Shown: in pieces, positions 56,045 through 64,000 of the stretch
Layout: the number at the start of each line of letters is the position of its first letter
Position numbering within the stretch: the first letter of the stretch is position 1
Source: Candidatus Woesearchaeota archaeon
GTDB lineage: Archaea; Nanobdellota; Nanobdellia; Woesearchaeales; JAFGPW01
Reading direction: 5' to 3'
Length of the DNA stretch: 64,000 nucleotides
NCBI GenBank assembly: GCA_016935985.1
Contig: JAFGPW010000002.1
Location: forward strand, 65,991 to 129,990
Notes under the pieces: generated by a model
Databases searched by the model: none
What the model was told of the DNA's origin: nothing
The model's input: only the letters and a program-made list of their open reading frames with translations
Made by a program: the position numbers and the translations under genes

Positions 56045-58189
56045 ATGTGCGGCATCATCGGCTTCTTCAATAAGGACCATGCCTGGTCGCTCGCAAAAGA
56101 CGGGCTGCACATCATGCACGCGCGCGGCCGCGACGGGGCAGGTCTCGTCTCTCCGGACGCCTCGACCTATGAGCAGTCCCCGACCCAGCTCGAGATCGAG
56201 CGGGGGACCTGCGCGCTCGGCCATGTGCTGCACTCTATCGTAGGCTCGGTCTCCCAGCCCCTGAAAGGCGCGGGTCTCCTCTCGATCAACTGCGAGATCT
56301 ACAACTGGCAGCAGCTCGCCGAGAAGTACGGCATCGCCGCTCTGAACGACGCTGACCTGGTCCTCAAGCTCCTCGACCGGACCCCGATGGAGCCTGAGAG
56401 GATAACCGCGCTCCTCTCCGAACTCGACGGAGTTTTCGCCCTCGGCTACTGGCGGGGGAGGAATGTCCTCGTCGCGCGGGACATCATCGGCGTCAAGCCG
56501 GTCTGGTACATCCACGCCGATTTCTTCGCCTTCGCGTCCGAGAGGAAGGCGTTCGGCAAGCTCGTCGAGACGAACGCGGCGGTCGAGCTCGGTCCGCGCA
56601 AGGCGCTTGTCTACGACGTCACCGCGAACGCCCTCTCGTTCGTCACGCGCCCCTTCTTCCCGACGGCGCCGGAGCTTCCCGACGATGACGCGATGCGGAG
56701 GCGCCTCGGCGAGCTGATATCCGGAGCGGTGGCGAAGCGCACGACCGGCAGGAAGGTCGGCGTCCTGTTCTCCGGGGGGATCGACTCCACGCTCATCGCA
56801 TTCCTGCTCAAGAGGCTCGGCGCCGACCTCACCTGCTATGCGGTCGGCGTGCTGTCGGAGGGGGCGGACCTCCCGACCGACATCGTGGCGGCCCGCGCCG
56901 CAGCCCGGGAGCTCGGCCTTGACTACAAGGAGATCCTGCTCGGCCTGAAGGACGTCGAGAAGCTCATGCACATCACTATCCCGCTCATCGAGTCGACGAA
57001 CGTGACGAAGGTGGGGGTCGCGATCCCCTTCTACGCCGCGTGCAGGAAGGCGTTCGCCGACGGGCTCCGTGTCATGTTCTCAGGCCTCGGGTCAGAGGAG
57101 ATCTTCGCCGGCTACGAGCGGCACGGCCATGCGAAGGACATCAACCGCGAGTGCGCGCAGGGGCTGCTCCGGATGTATGAGCGCGACCTCTACCGCGACG
57201 ATACGGTCTCGATGAACAACACGATCGAGCTGCGCCTGCCCTTCCTCGACCACGCGCTCGTGGCCTTCGCGCTACGCATCCCGGGGAAGCTCAAGATCGT
57301 CGGGAACGAGAAGAAGGCGGTCCTTCGGGAGGCGGCGCGCGCGCTCGGGCTCCCGGCAGCGCTCACGCGGCGGCCCAAGAAGGCGGCGCAGTACGGTTCC
57401 AAGGTCGACTGGGCGATCGCGAAGATCGCCAAGGACCGGGGGCATCCCTCCAAGTCCTCGCTCCTCTCGCGCCATTACCCCCAGTTCGACGTCCCGCTCG
57501 GCGCGCTCGTCTCCGGCGGCAAGGACTCGCTCTACGCGATGCACATCATGGCGAAGATGAACTACCCCTTCAGATGCATGATCGCGATCCGCAGCGCGAA
57601 CCCGGACTCCTACATGTTCCACACCCCGGCGATCGACATGGTGCGGCTGCAGGCGGAGGCGGTGGGGCTGCCGCTCATCGAGCAGGAGACCTCGGGCGAG
57701 AAGGAGAAGGAGCTCCTCGACCTCGAGGAGGCTATCCGCCGGGCGAAGAGGGATCACGGCATCCACGGCATCGTCGTCGGCGCCCTCTTCTCCGACTACC
57801 AGCGCGACCGCGTCGAGGACATCTGCGAACGGCTCGGCATCAAGCTCTTCTCCCCGCTCTGGCACAAGAACCAGGAGTCCGAGATGAGGGAGATCCTCGA
57901 CGAGGGCTTCTCGGTGGTCATGACCCGCATCGCGGCAGAGGGGCTCTCGCCCGACTGGCTGGGCCGCGTCCTCAGAAGCGAGGATGTCGACCGGCTCGCG
58001 ACGCTCACGAGGAAGATGGGCTTCAACACCGCGGGCGAGGGGGGCGAGTTCGAGTCGCTCGTCCTCGACTGCCCGCTCTTCGAGAGGCGCATCGAGATCG
58101 TGCGCTCCTCTGTCCAGAAGGAGAGCGCCGACCGGGCGGACCTCATCATCAGGAAGGCTCGGCTCGTCCCGAAGCCGGCGCATCCATAG
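56045..58189 (+). CDS. Asparagine synthetase-like amidotransferase fused to diphthine-ammonia ligase (Dph6)
   Basis: N-terminal MCGIIG, RDIIGVKP, FSGGIDS and ELRLPFLD; C-terminal SGGKDS, DSYMFH and GEGGEFESLV. Confidence 0.9.
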   Translation: MCGIIGFFNKDHAWSLAKDGLHIMHARGRDGAGLVSPDASTYEQSPTQLEIERGTCALGHVLHSIVGSVSQPLKGAGLLSINCEIYNWQQLAEKYGIAALNDADLVLKLLDRTPMEPERITALLSELDGVFALGYWRGRNVLVARDIIGVKPVWYIHADFFAFASERKAFGKLVETNAAVELGPRKALVYDVTANALSFVTRPFFPTAPELPDDDAMRRRLGELISGAVAKRTTGRKVGVLFSGGIDSTLIAFLLKRLGADLTCYAVGVLSEGADLPTDIVAARAAARELGLDYKEILLGLKDVEKLMHITIPLIESTNVTKVGVAIPFYAACRKAFADGLRVMFSGLGSEEIFAGYERHGHAKDINRECAQGLLRMYERDLYRDDTVSMNNTIELRLPFLDHALVAFALRIPGKLKIVGNEKKAVLREAARALGLPAALTRRPKKAAQYGSKVDWAIAKIAKDRGHPSKSSLLSRHYPQFDVPLGALVSGGKDSLYAMHIMAKMNYPFRCMIAIRSANPDSYMFHTPAIDMVRLQAEAVGLPLIEQETSGEKEKELLDLEEAIRRAKRDHGIHGIVVGALFSDYQRDRVEDICERLGIKLFSPLWHKNQESEMREILDEGFSVVMTRIAAEGLSPDWLGRVLRSEDVDRLATLTRKMGFNTAGEGGEFESLVLDCPLFERRIEIVRSSVQKESADRADLIIRKARLVPKPAHP

Positions 58190-58220
58190 GATTTCGTAAG
58201 ATTTAATAATCCCACGTCCG

Positions 58221-59432
58221 ATGATGGTCCCCATGGAGACCGGTCAGGAGGTATCGCTCCTCATCCTCGTCCTTCTCGTGCTCGTCTGCGGGGCGCTCGG
58301 CTACTACACATTCTCGCTCAGCCAGGAGCTCTCGTTCAAGGACATCCGGCTCGAGAACAAGAACGCTGAGATAGCGCAGCTGAAGACAGACATCGCCGGC
58401 CGCGACTCCCAGATCGCCGCGCTGAAGGCGTCGGCCGTCTCGCTCTCTACGGAGCTCGACACGCTCCAGGGCCAGGTCGCGACCCTCGCCGCGGATAACC
58501 AGGCGGTCCTCGACGAGAACCAGGCGCTCGACGCACGGATGCTCGACCTGAACGAGCAGATCGACGCGACGATAGAGGACCTGCAGGGCTACGAGGCCTC
58601 GATAGCGGAATCGATGCAGTGGTTCCAGGAGAACAGCGACCTCGCCGGAGCCCCCGACTACGCCAAGTTCCGCGTCGGCATCAGGAGCTCGTGCATCGAG
58701 AAGGATGAGGTCTCCTGCCGGATCAAGCTCGCCTGCATCAACCTCGTCAACCAATACCTCGAGGAGTTCTCCTACAAGCCGGATGCGGTGTCCACCGATA
58801 AGGACGACTACCTGCTCGACCTCGCGGCGATCCACGACAACCAGGGCGGCGACTGCGAGGACTTCTCGCTCCTCTTCTCCGCCGAGCTCGCGTACGCGGA
58901 AGGGTACTGCGCCGCCGACGGGCTGCCGGTGCGCTACCAGGCCTACGTCTCGGGCACGCAGCGCTACTACGTCGACTGGACGGAGAAGTGGTATATGGAA
59001 GGGGCCGCCCCCTACTGGATCCCAGAGGACCACGGCGAGCACGCGATCGTCTGCGGCACCTTCCCCGGCTCCTTCGACCCGAACAACGAGGGGAGCGCGG
59101 TCGGGCACTGCCTCATCGGCTTCTCGTCGGAGGAGCTGCGGTCGAGCGATGACGTCTACCCCTTCCTCCAGGAGGCCTATCTCGTCGAGCCCCAGCTCGG
59201 CGCGCTCGTGGCCGAGCTCGCGACCGAGCCGGCGATCAGGTTCCACCGCGGCACCGAGGTGCCGAAGGGCTACCTGATCTACATGGTGATAACCGGCAAA
59301 GACCTCTATGTCTACGACGAGCTCGACGGCAGGTACCAATGGTTCGGCTACGAGGACTATCGGGAGAGGATCGCGGGCCTGCGTGCGGAGATGGAGTCGA
59401 TCGCCGGCCAGGTGTACGTGCGGACGATATAG
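58221..59432 (+). CDS. Membrane-anchored coiled-coil protein with a transglutaminase-like domain
   Basis: N-terminal TM, heptad region, GGDCEDFS, GHC and VEPQ motifs. Confidence 0.75.
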   Translation: MMVPMETGQEVSLLILVLLVLVCGALGYYTFSLSQELSFKDIRLENKNAEIAQLKTDIAGRDSQIAALKASAVSLSTELDTLQGQVATLAADNQAVLDENQALDARMLDLNEQIDATIEDLQGYEASIAESMQWFQENSDLAGAPDYAKFRVGIRSSCIEKDEVSCRIKLACINLVNQYLEEFSYKPDAVSTDKDDYLLDLAAIHDNQGGDCEDFSLLFSAELAYAEGYCAADGLPVRYQAYVSGTQRYYVDWTEKWYMEGAAPYWIPEDHGEHAIVCGTFPGSFDPNNEGSAVGHCLIGFSSEELRSSDDVYPFLQEAYLVEPQLGALVAELATEPAIRFHRGTEVPKGYLIYMVITGKDLYVYDELDGRYQWFGYEDYRERIAGLRAEMESIAGQVYVRTI

Positions 59433-59437
59433 GAAGC

Positions 59438-60622
59438 TCAGTAGCTGTTGATATAAATCCTCGTCGTGGTCCCCTTCTCGATGAACGGTTCGAGCAGCCT
59501 CTTCACGTCGTCGTGGACCTGCCCCTCGTTGAGCATCTTCGCGAGCTCGTAGACGTCGGGGACCGCGAGCTGGTCCCAGAGCCCCACCACCTTCATGGTC
59601 CTGAAGAACTCGGCGCGCCGCGGATCCTCCTTCTTCGGGAACGAGAGCTTGGGGTATGTGCGGATGGCGGCGCGCCTGCCTGAGCCGAAGACGTTCTGGA
59701 TGCCCTGCTGCTTCGCGAAAGCGACGAGCCGCTGGGTCGCCTCCTCGATCTTTATCGCCACGTCCCTCTCCTGCTCCTTCAGCCGCGCGAACTCGTTGAC
59801 GAGCTTCACGCCATCCTCCTTCCTGAACTCCTCGGGCGGCAGCGCGTCGGTCGCGAACTTGTGCTTCCAGAGCGGGCAGAGGCGCTGGAACTCGCACCAG
59901 TTGCAGAGCGGCGACTGGCGCGGCTCGAATTCGGTCGTCGACTCGACCTGCCTGATGACCCGCATGATCTCGGCCTTCAGCAGCTCGAGCTGCTCGTCGC
60001 TGCGCTCTGACTCGATGTCCTTGTCGAAGGCGAGGTAGTGCCAGATGAGCCTGATGCGTTTGGCCCAAGGGAACTTCCTCTTGAGCCCGTAGGCGTAGAG
60101 CGCGAGCTGGCGGTCGGTGTCCGCCTTGTCCTGGGTGGGGAGCGTGTTCGAGGTCTTGTAGTCGTGGATCTCGAAGGTCTCGCCGTCGAGCGCCAGCCGG
60201 TCGATCCTGATGTGCATCTGGTACTCGCCCGCGTCGTCGATCGGCGCCATCCACTGGGTCTCGAGGCCGATCGTCTTCGCCTGGGTGAAGGGCTGGTGGC
60301 GCGCGTAGTAGTCGCGGATGAACCTCTCGCCCATCCTCCGGTAGTTCTCCTCCTTGTACTCGGTCCGCACGATGTAGACCGCGTCAGGGTCGTATTCCTT
60401 TTCCCAGCGCCCGTTGTAGAAATCCACGATCTCCTGGACCGTGCAGCTTTTCAGGAACTGCAGGTCCTTGTAGAGCTTCTCGAGGGCCTCGTGGACCAGG
60501 GAGCCCATGAAGGCCTCGATCGATGTGCCCTGCTCCACCTCCACCTTCTCGATGTAGCCGAACCAGTACTTCTTCGGGCACTGCTCGAAGGTGGAGAGCC
60601 GGGAGTGGGAATAGGTGGGCAT
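59438..60622 (-). CDS. PD-(D/E)XK RecB/Cas4-like nuclease
   Basis: SHSRLSTFEQCP, IDRL..IHDYKT, QLALY and CNWCEFQRLCP motifs. Confidence 0.88.
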   Translation of the reverse strand: MPTYSHSRLSTFEQCPKKYWFGYIEKVEVEQGTSIEAFMGSLVHEALEKLYKDLQFLKSCTVQEIVDFYNGRWEKEYDPDAVYIVRTEYKEENYRRMGERFIRDYYARHQPFTQAKTIGLETQWMAPIDDAGEYQMHIRIDRLALDGETFEIHDYKTSNTLPTQDKADTDRQLALYAYGLKRKFPWAKRIRLIWHYLAFDKDIESERSDEQLELLKAEIMRVIRQVESTTEFEPRQSPLCNWCEFQRLCPLWKHKFATDALPPEEFRKEDGVKLVNEFARLKEQERDVAIKIEEATQRLVAFAKQQGIQNVFGSGRRAAIRTYPKLSFPKKEDPRRAEFFRTMKVVGLWDQLAVPDVYELAKMLNEGQVHDDVKRLLEPFIEKGTTTRIYINSY

Positions 60623-60723
60623 GCTTCCCCCTGTTCTCTGCCTGGTATTTAAATGTTTGTCGCAGGCCTGTCCGGTGGGGTTTTCCGGTAACATTTATAA
60701 ATGGGGCCGGCTTCCAGGACGGC

Positions 60724-62076
60724 ATGGTGCTCGAGAAGCTCGGCCAGTCGCTCAAGGACACGCTCGCCAAGGTAGCGAAAGCGGTGTTCGTCGATGAGAA
60801 GCTCATCAATGAGCTGATCAAGGACATCCAGCGCGCCCTCCTGCAGTCCGACGTGAACGTCAGGCTCGTCTTCGAGCTCACGTCGCGCATCAAGGAGAAG
60901 GTGCAGAAAGCGGATCTCCCGCCCGGGCTCTCGAAGAAGGAGTTCCTGATAAAGACCATCTACGACGAGCTGGTGCAGTTCCTTGGCGGCGAGGGGCACA
61001 AGATCGAGGTCGGGAAGAGGAGGCCGTATGTCATCATGTTCGTCGGCCTCTTCGGCAACGGCAAGACGACGCACGCGGGAAAGCTCGCCAAGTTCTTCAG
61101 CAAGCGCGGCTCCAAGGTCGCGATCCTCGGCCTCGACATCCACCGGCCGGCGGCCATGGACCAGCTGGAGCAGATAGCAGGGCAGGTCAAGGTGCCGGTC
61201 TTCATCGACCGGAAGGAGAAGGACCCTCTCAGGATATACGCGAAATACCGGGACCAGCTGAACAAGTTCGACATCGTGCTCGTCGACACGGCAGGCAGGG
61301 ACGCGCTCTCCGATGACCTCATCACGGAGATCAACGCCATCAACACGGCGCTGCGGCCTGACGAGAACCTGCTTGTCATAGGCGCCGACGTCGGCCAGGC
61401 GGCGGAGAGGCAGGCGCGCGCGTTCCACGAGTCATGCGGCGTCTCGGGAGTCATCATCTCCAAGATGGACGGCACCGCGAAGGGAGGGGGAGCGCTCATC
61501 GCGTGCTCGGTCACCGGCGCGCCGGTGAAGTTCATCGGCGTCGGCGAGAAGCCCGATGACCTCGAGGAGTTCAGGCCCAAGAGCTTTGTCTCGCGCCTGC
61601 TCGGCATGGGCGACATCGAACTGCTCCTCGAGAAGGCGAAGGGCGCGATATCCGAGGCTGACGCCGAGGACCTGGGCAAGCGCGTGCTGAAAGGAGAGTT
61701 CAACCTGATCGACCTCTTCGAGCAGATGCAGGCGATGAAGAAGATGGGCTCGCTCCAGAAGATCATGGAGCTCATCCCCGGCATGGGCCAGCTCAAGCTC
61801 CCGAAGGAGGCGCTCGACGTGCAGGAGGGGAAGCTCGAGAAGTGGAAGCACATCATGAACTCCTGCACCCGGGCCGAGCTCGAGGACCCGGAGACGATCG
61901 ACGGGCCGCGCGCCGCGCGGATCGCGAAGGGCGCCGGCGTCACGGCGCACGACGTGCGCGAGCTCGTCAAGCAGTACCGGCAGACGAAGAGGCTGATGAA
62001 GACCCTCGGCGGCAGCCAGAAGGGCATGGAGAAGATGATGAAGCGCATGGGCGGCCTCGGCCGCATGATGCGCTGA
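60724..62076 (+). CDS. srp54: Signal recognition particle protein SRP54
   Basis: GLFGNGKTT, DTAGR, SKMDGTAKGGG, Met-rich M domain. Confidence 0.96.
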   Translation: MVLEKLGQSLKDTLAKVAKAVFVDEKLINELIKDIQRALLQSDVNVRLVFELTSRIKEKVQKADLPPGLSKKEFLIKTIYDELVQFLGGEGHKIEVGKRRPYVIMFVGLFGNGKTTHAGKLAKFFSKRGSKVAILGLDIHRPAAMDQLEQIAGQVKVPVFIDRKEKDPLRIYAKYRDQLNKFDIVLVDTAGRDALSDDLITEINAINTALRPDENLLVIGADVGQAAERQARAFHESCGVSGVIISKMDGTAKGGGALIACSVTGAPVKFIGVGEKPDDLEEFRPKSFVSRLLGMGDIELLLEKAKGAISEADAEDLGKRVLKGEFNLIDLFEQMQAMKKMGSLQKIMELIPGMGQLKLPKEALDVQEGKLEKWKHIMNSCTRAELEDPETIDGPRAARIAKGAGVTAHDVRELVKQYRQTKRLMKTLGGSQKGMEKMMKRMGGLGRMMR

Positions 62077-62093
62077 TCCCTGCTTTCGTTCTC

Positions 62094-62735
62094 ATGCGTC
62101 TCGCGCAGAAGCGCGCGCTCGTCGCGCGCTGGAGAGAGGAATACGGTTTCCCGGAGCGGCTGCTCGCCGCGTTCATGGCGGTGCCGCGCGAGCGCTTCAT
62201 CGACGCCTCGCTCAGCGACGAGGCATACGGCGACTACCCGCTGCCGATCGGGGGCGGTCAGACGATCTCGCAGCCGACGACGGTCATGCTGATGACCCAT
62301 TTCCTCGCGCCTGAGCCGGATTCGCGCGTGCTCGAGGTGGGGGCGGGCAGCGGCTACCAGGCGGCGGTCCTCAGCCGGCTGGTCCCCGAGGGGAAGGTGA
62401 TCAGCGTCGAGTACGATGCCGGGCTCGCCGAGACGGCGCGAAGGAATCTCAGGGCCGCTGATGCGGAGAACGTCGAGGTGGTCGTCGGCGACGGCGGCGA
62501 CGGCCTCCCTGACCGCGCGCCGTTCGACCGGATCATCGTCACCTGCGCCTGTCCGAAGGTGCCGGGGCCGCTCGTCGCGCAACTCGCCGAAGGAGGGGCG
62601 CTCGTCGCGCCGGTGTCGGGCCTGCTCGGCGAGACGATGGTGCGGCTGACGAAGGAGGGCGGGAAGGTGAAGAAGGAGCGGCTGGGGCTCTTCTCGTTCG
62701 TGCCGCTGAGGGGGAGGCACGGGTCTGATGGATGA
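62094..62735 (+). CDS. pcm: Protein-L-isoaspartate O-methyltransferase
   Basis: VPRERF, GQTISQP, VLEVGAGSGYQAA, APFDRI and FVPL motifs. Confidence 0.94.
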   Translation: MRLAQKRALVARWREEYGFPERLLAAFMAVPRERFIDASLSDEAYGDYPLPIGGGQTISQPTTVMLMTHFLAPEPDSRVLEVGAGSGYQAAVLSRLVPEGKVISVEYDAGLAETARRNLRAADAENVEVVVGDGGDGLPDRAPFDRIIVTCACPKVPGPLVAQLAEGGALVAPVSGLLGETMVRLTKEGGKVKKERLGLFSFVPLRGRHGSDG

Positions 62736-62826
62736 TGCTCCCTTGCACTCCCGCCACTCTCATCGCACCACCTTTTTTATTCTATGGGAGTAACAATTAA
62801 ATAGTTGGGGGTCTGCTCCCTTTCTG

Positions 62827-63312
62827 ATGGTCAAGCGGATCGTGCGGTACGGCTGCGAATGGCCAGGGTGCGGGAAGGAATACGACGACCATGCTTCGGC
62901 AGAGCGGTGCCAGCGGCAGGGGCTGCTCGGGCCCGAGATCGCGCCCGGCCTGGTGCTCGACTTCAACGGCAGGGGCTTCTACATCTTCACCGCAGCGGGC
63001 TCGGAGGGGCATCAGCGCGTCTACTCCTACCTCGACCTGCAGAGCGGATTCTCCGACCTCGAAGAGCTCGCCGCGTCATGCGAAGGCAAGAACCCTGAGC
63101 AGGCCTACTTCCAGTTCAGCCAGATGTACACCCGCCAGCTCTACTCGCTCAAGGACAGCGGCCTCCTGCATACGCTCGCCGAAGAGCTGTTCCTCAACCT
63201 CAGCAGGCTGATCGAAAGATGCCCCTCGCTCGCAGGGATCAATGCCTGCGTTTCGCGGTCGGCGCCTGATGGGCTCTACCGCACGCACCCCTTCTTCACC
63301 GAGGAGAACTAG
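62827..63312 (+). CDS. Hypothetical protein with an N-terminal zinc-finger-like motif
   Basis: YGCEWPGCGKEYDDHASAERC. Confidence 0.62.
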   Translation: MVKRIVRYGCEWPGCGKEYDDHASAERCQRQGLLGPEIAPGLVLDFNGRGFYIFTAAGSEGHQRVYSYLDLQSGFSDLEELAASCEGKNPEQAYFQFSQMYTRQLYSLKDSGLLHTLAEELFLNLSRLIERCPSLAGINACVSRSAPDGLYRTHPFFTEEN

Positions 63313-63318
63313 CCCCTC

Positions 63319-64000
63319 TCACTTCCGCTTCGTGCGCTTCGCGACGAGCCGGTCGTGCTTCTCCTGCATCTCGTGCATCATCCTCTCGAGCGCCTTGATC
63401 TCGTGGTCCTTGATGTCCTCGGAATCGACCTCGTCCTTGGTGTACTCCGCCCCTTCCTCCATGAACTCGGTCCGTATCGGCGTCTCCTTCTGGCGACGGT
63501 GCTCGCGCCAGCGGGCCATGAAGATCGCGAGCGAGGAGAGGATGATGGTGAAGATGATCACCGCATAGACGAGATTCGCGATGAAGTCAGCGCGCGGCAG
63601 GCCGCGGCTCAGCGCGATCGTCGCGAGCGCCGCCGCCGCGAGGCCGCGGGCGAACGAGCCGGTGATCAGGTCCTGGTCGTACGGCTCGAAGCTCCTGATG
63701 AGCAGGCGTGACGCCCGCCGGGTGTACATCAGGACGAGCGCGATGACGCCGCCGAGGAAGATCGGCCAGGGGTCCTTCAGGTCGAGCAGGAGCCCGATAT
63801 AGACGAAGAAGAATGTCTTGAGGAAGAAGGAGATCTGCGAGTAGAAGAACTGTTCGTTGGGCGTGAGGACCGAGACATGCACCTCCCCTGACTCATCGGC
63901 GCCGATGCCCTGTTTCCTGCCCTTCCCCTCGATCCTCTGCTCGACCCGCTGGGAGATGCTCGTGAATATCACGACCAGCTGCCGGTTGTTCTTGAGCATG
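63319..64000 (-). CDS. Cation:proton antiporter, C-terminal part (runs off the window end)
   Basis: FFLKTFFFVYIGL and ARGLAAAALA CPA motifs. Confidence 0.85.
   Translation of the reverse strand, partial: MLKNNRQLVVIFTSISQRVEQRIEGKGRKQGIGADESGEVHVSVLTPNEQFFYSQISFFLKTFFFVYIGLLLDLKDPWPIFLGGVIALVLMYTRRASRLLIRSFEPYDQDLITGSFARGLAAAALATIALSRGLPRADFIANLVYAVIIFTIILSSLAIFMARWREHRRQKETPIRTEFMEEGAEYTKDEVDSEDIKDHEIKALERMMHEMQEKHDRLVAKRTKRK

Noticed and set aside
59438..60622. Cas4-like nuclease as evidence of a CRISPR-Cas locus
   Set aside because: It is a solo PD-(D/E)XK nuclease among housekeeping genes, with no array or other cas genes.
242..63802. Many long overlapping or antisense ORFs (e.g. 3763-5403, 19493-21382, 36230-37774, 58203-60254, 60960-62720)
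   Set aside because: These are shadow frames of GC-rich genes, with Arg/Pro/Ala-rich low-information translations and no recognisable motifs.

Overview
GC-rich archaeal chromosome segment, probably DPANN/Woesearchaeota-like. Support for an archaeon: Dph6 diphthine ligase, archaeal-type PpcA and SRP54, and TATA boxes about 23-26 nt upstream of many start codons. It carries housekeeping, oxidative-stress and hypothetical genes. The main feature is a sharply AT-rich 11.5-kb island (38111-49600) between thrS and an intact, host-like GC-rich tyrosine recombinase (49676-50473). The island is an array of seven gene cassettes separated by six attC-like folded sites (TAACA-TC-stem...stem-TGTTA), with an attI-like simple site next to the recombinase. 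It differs from canonical integrons in three ways. First, the recombinase lacks the IntI-specific insertion. Second, every cassette is enclosed by its own sequence-unique terminal inverted repeats of conserved geometry (a 9-bp GTT/AAC stem, a hairpin branch, then an AGT/ATT-initiated stem), with up to five nested tiers around the 6.8-kb restriction-modification cassette. Third, the cassettes carry their own archaeal promoters. A separate structured intergenic element occurs twice (3551-3699 and 14941-15095). All calls come from reading the sequence by eye; no searches or folding programs were run.
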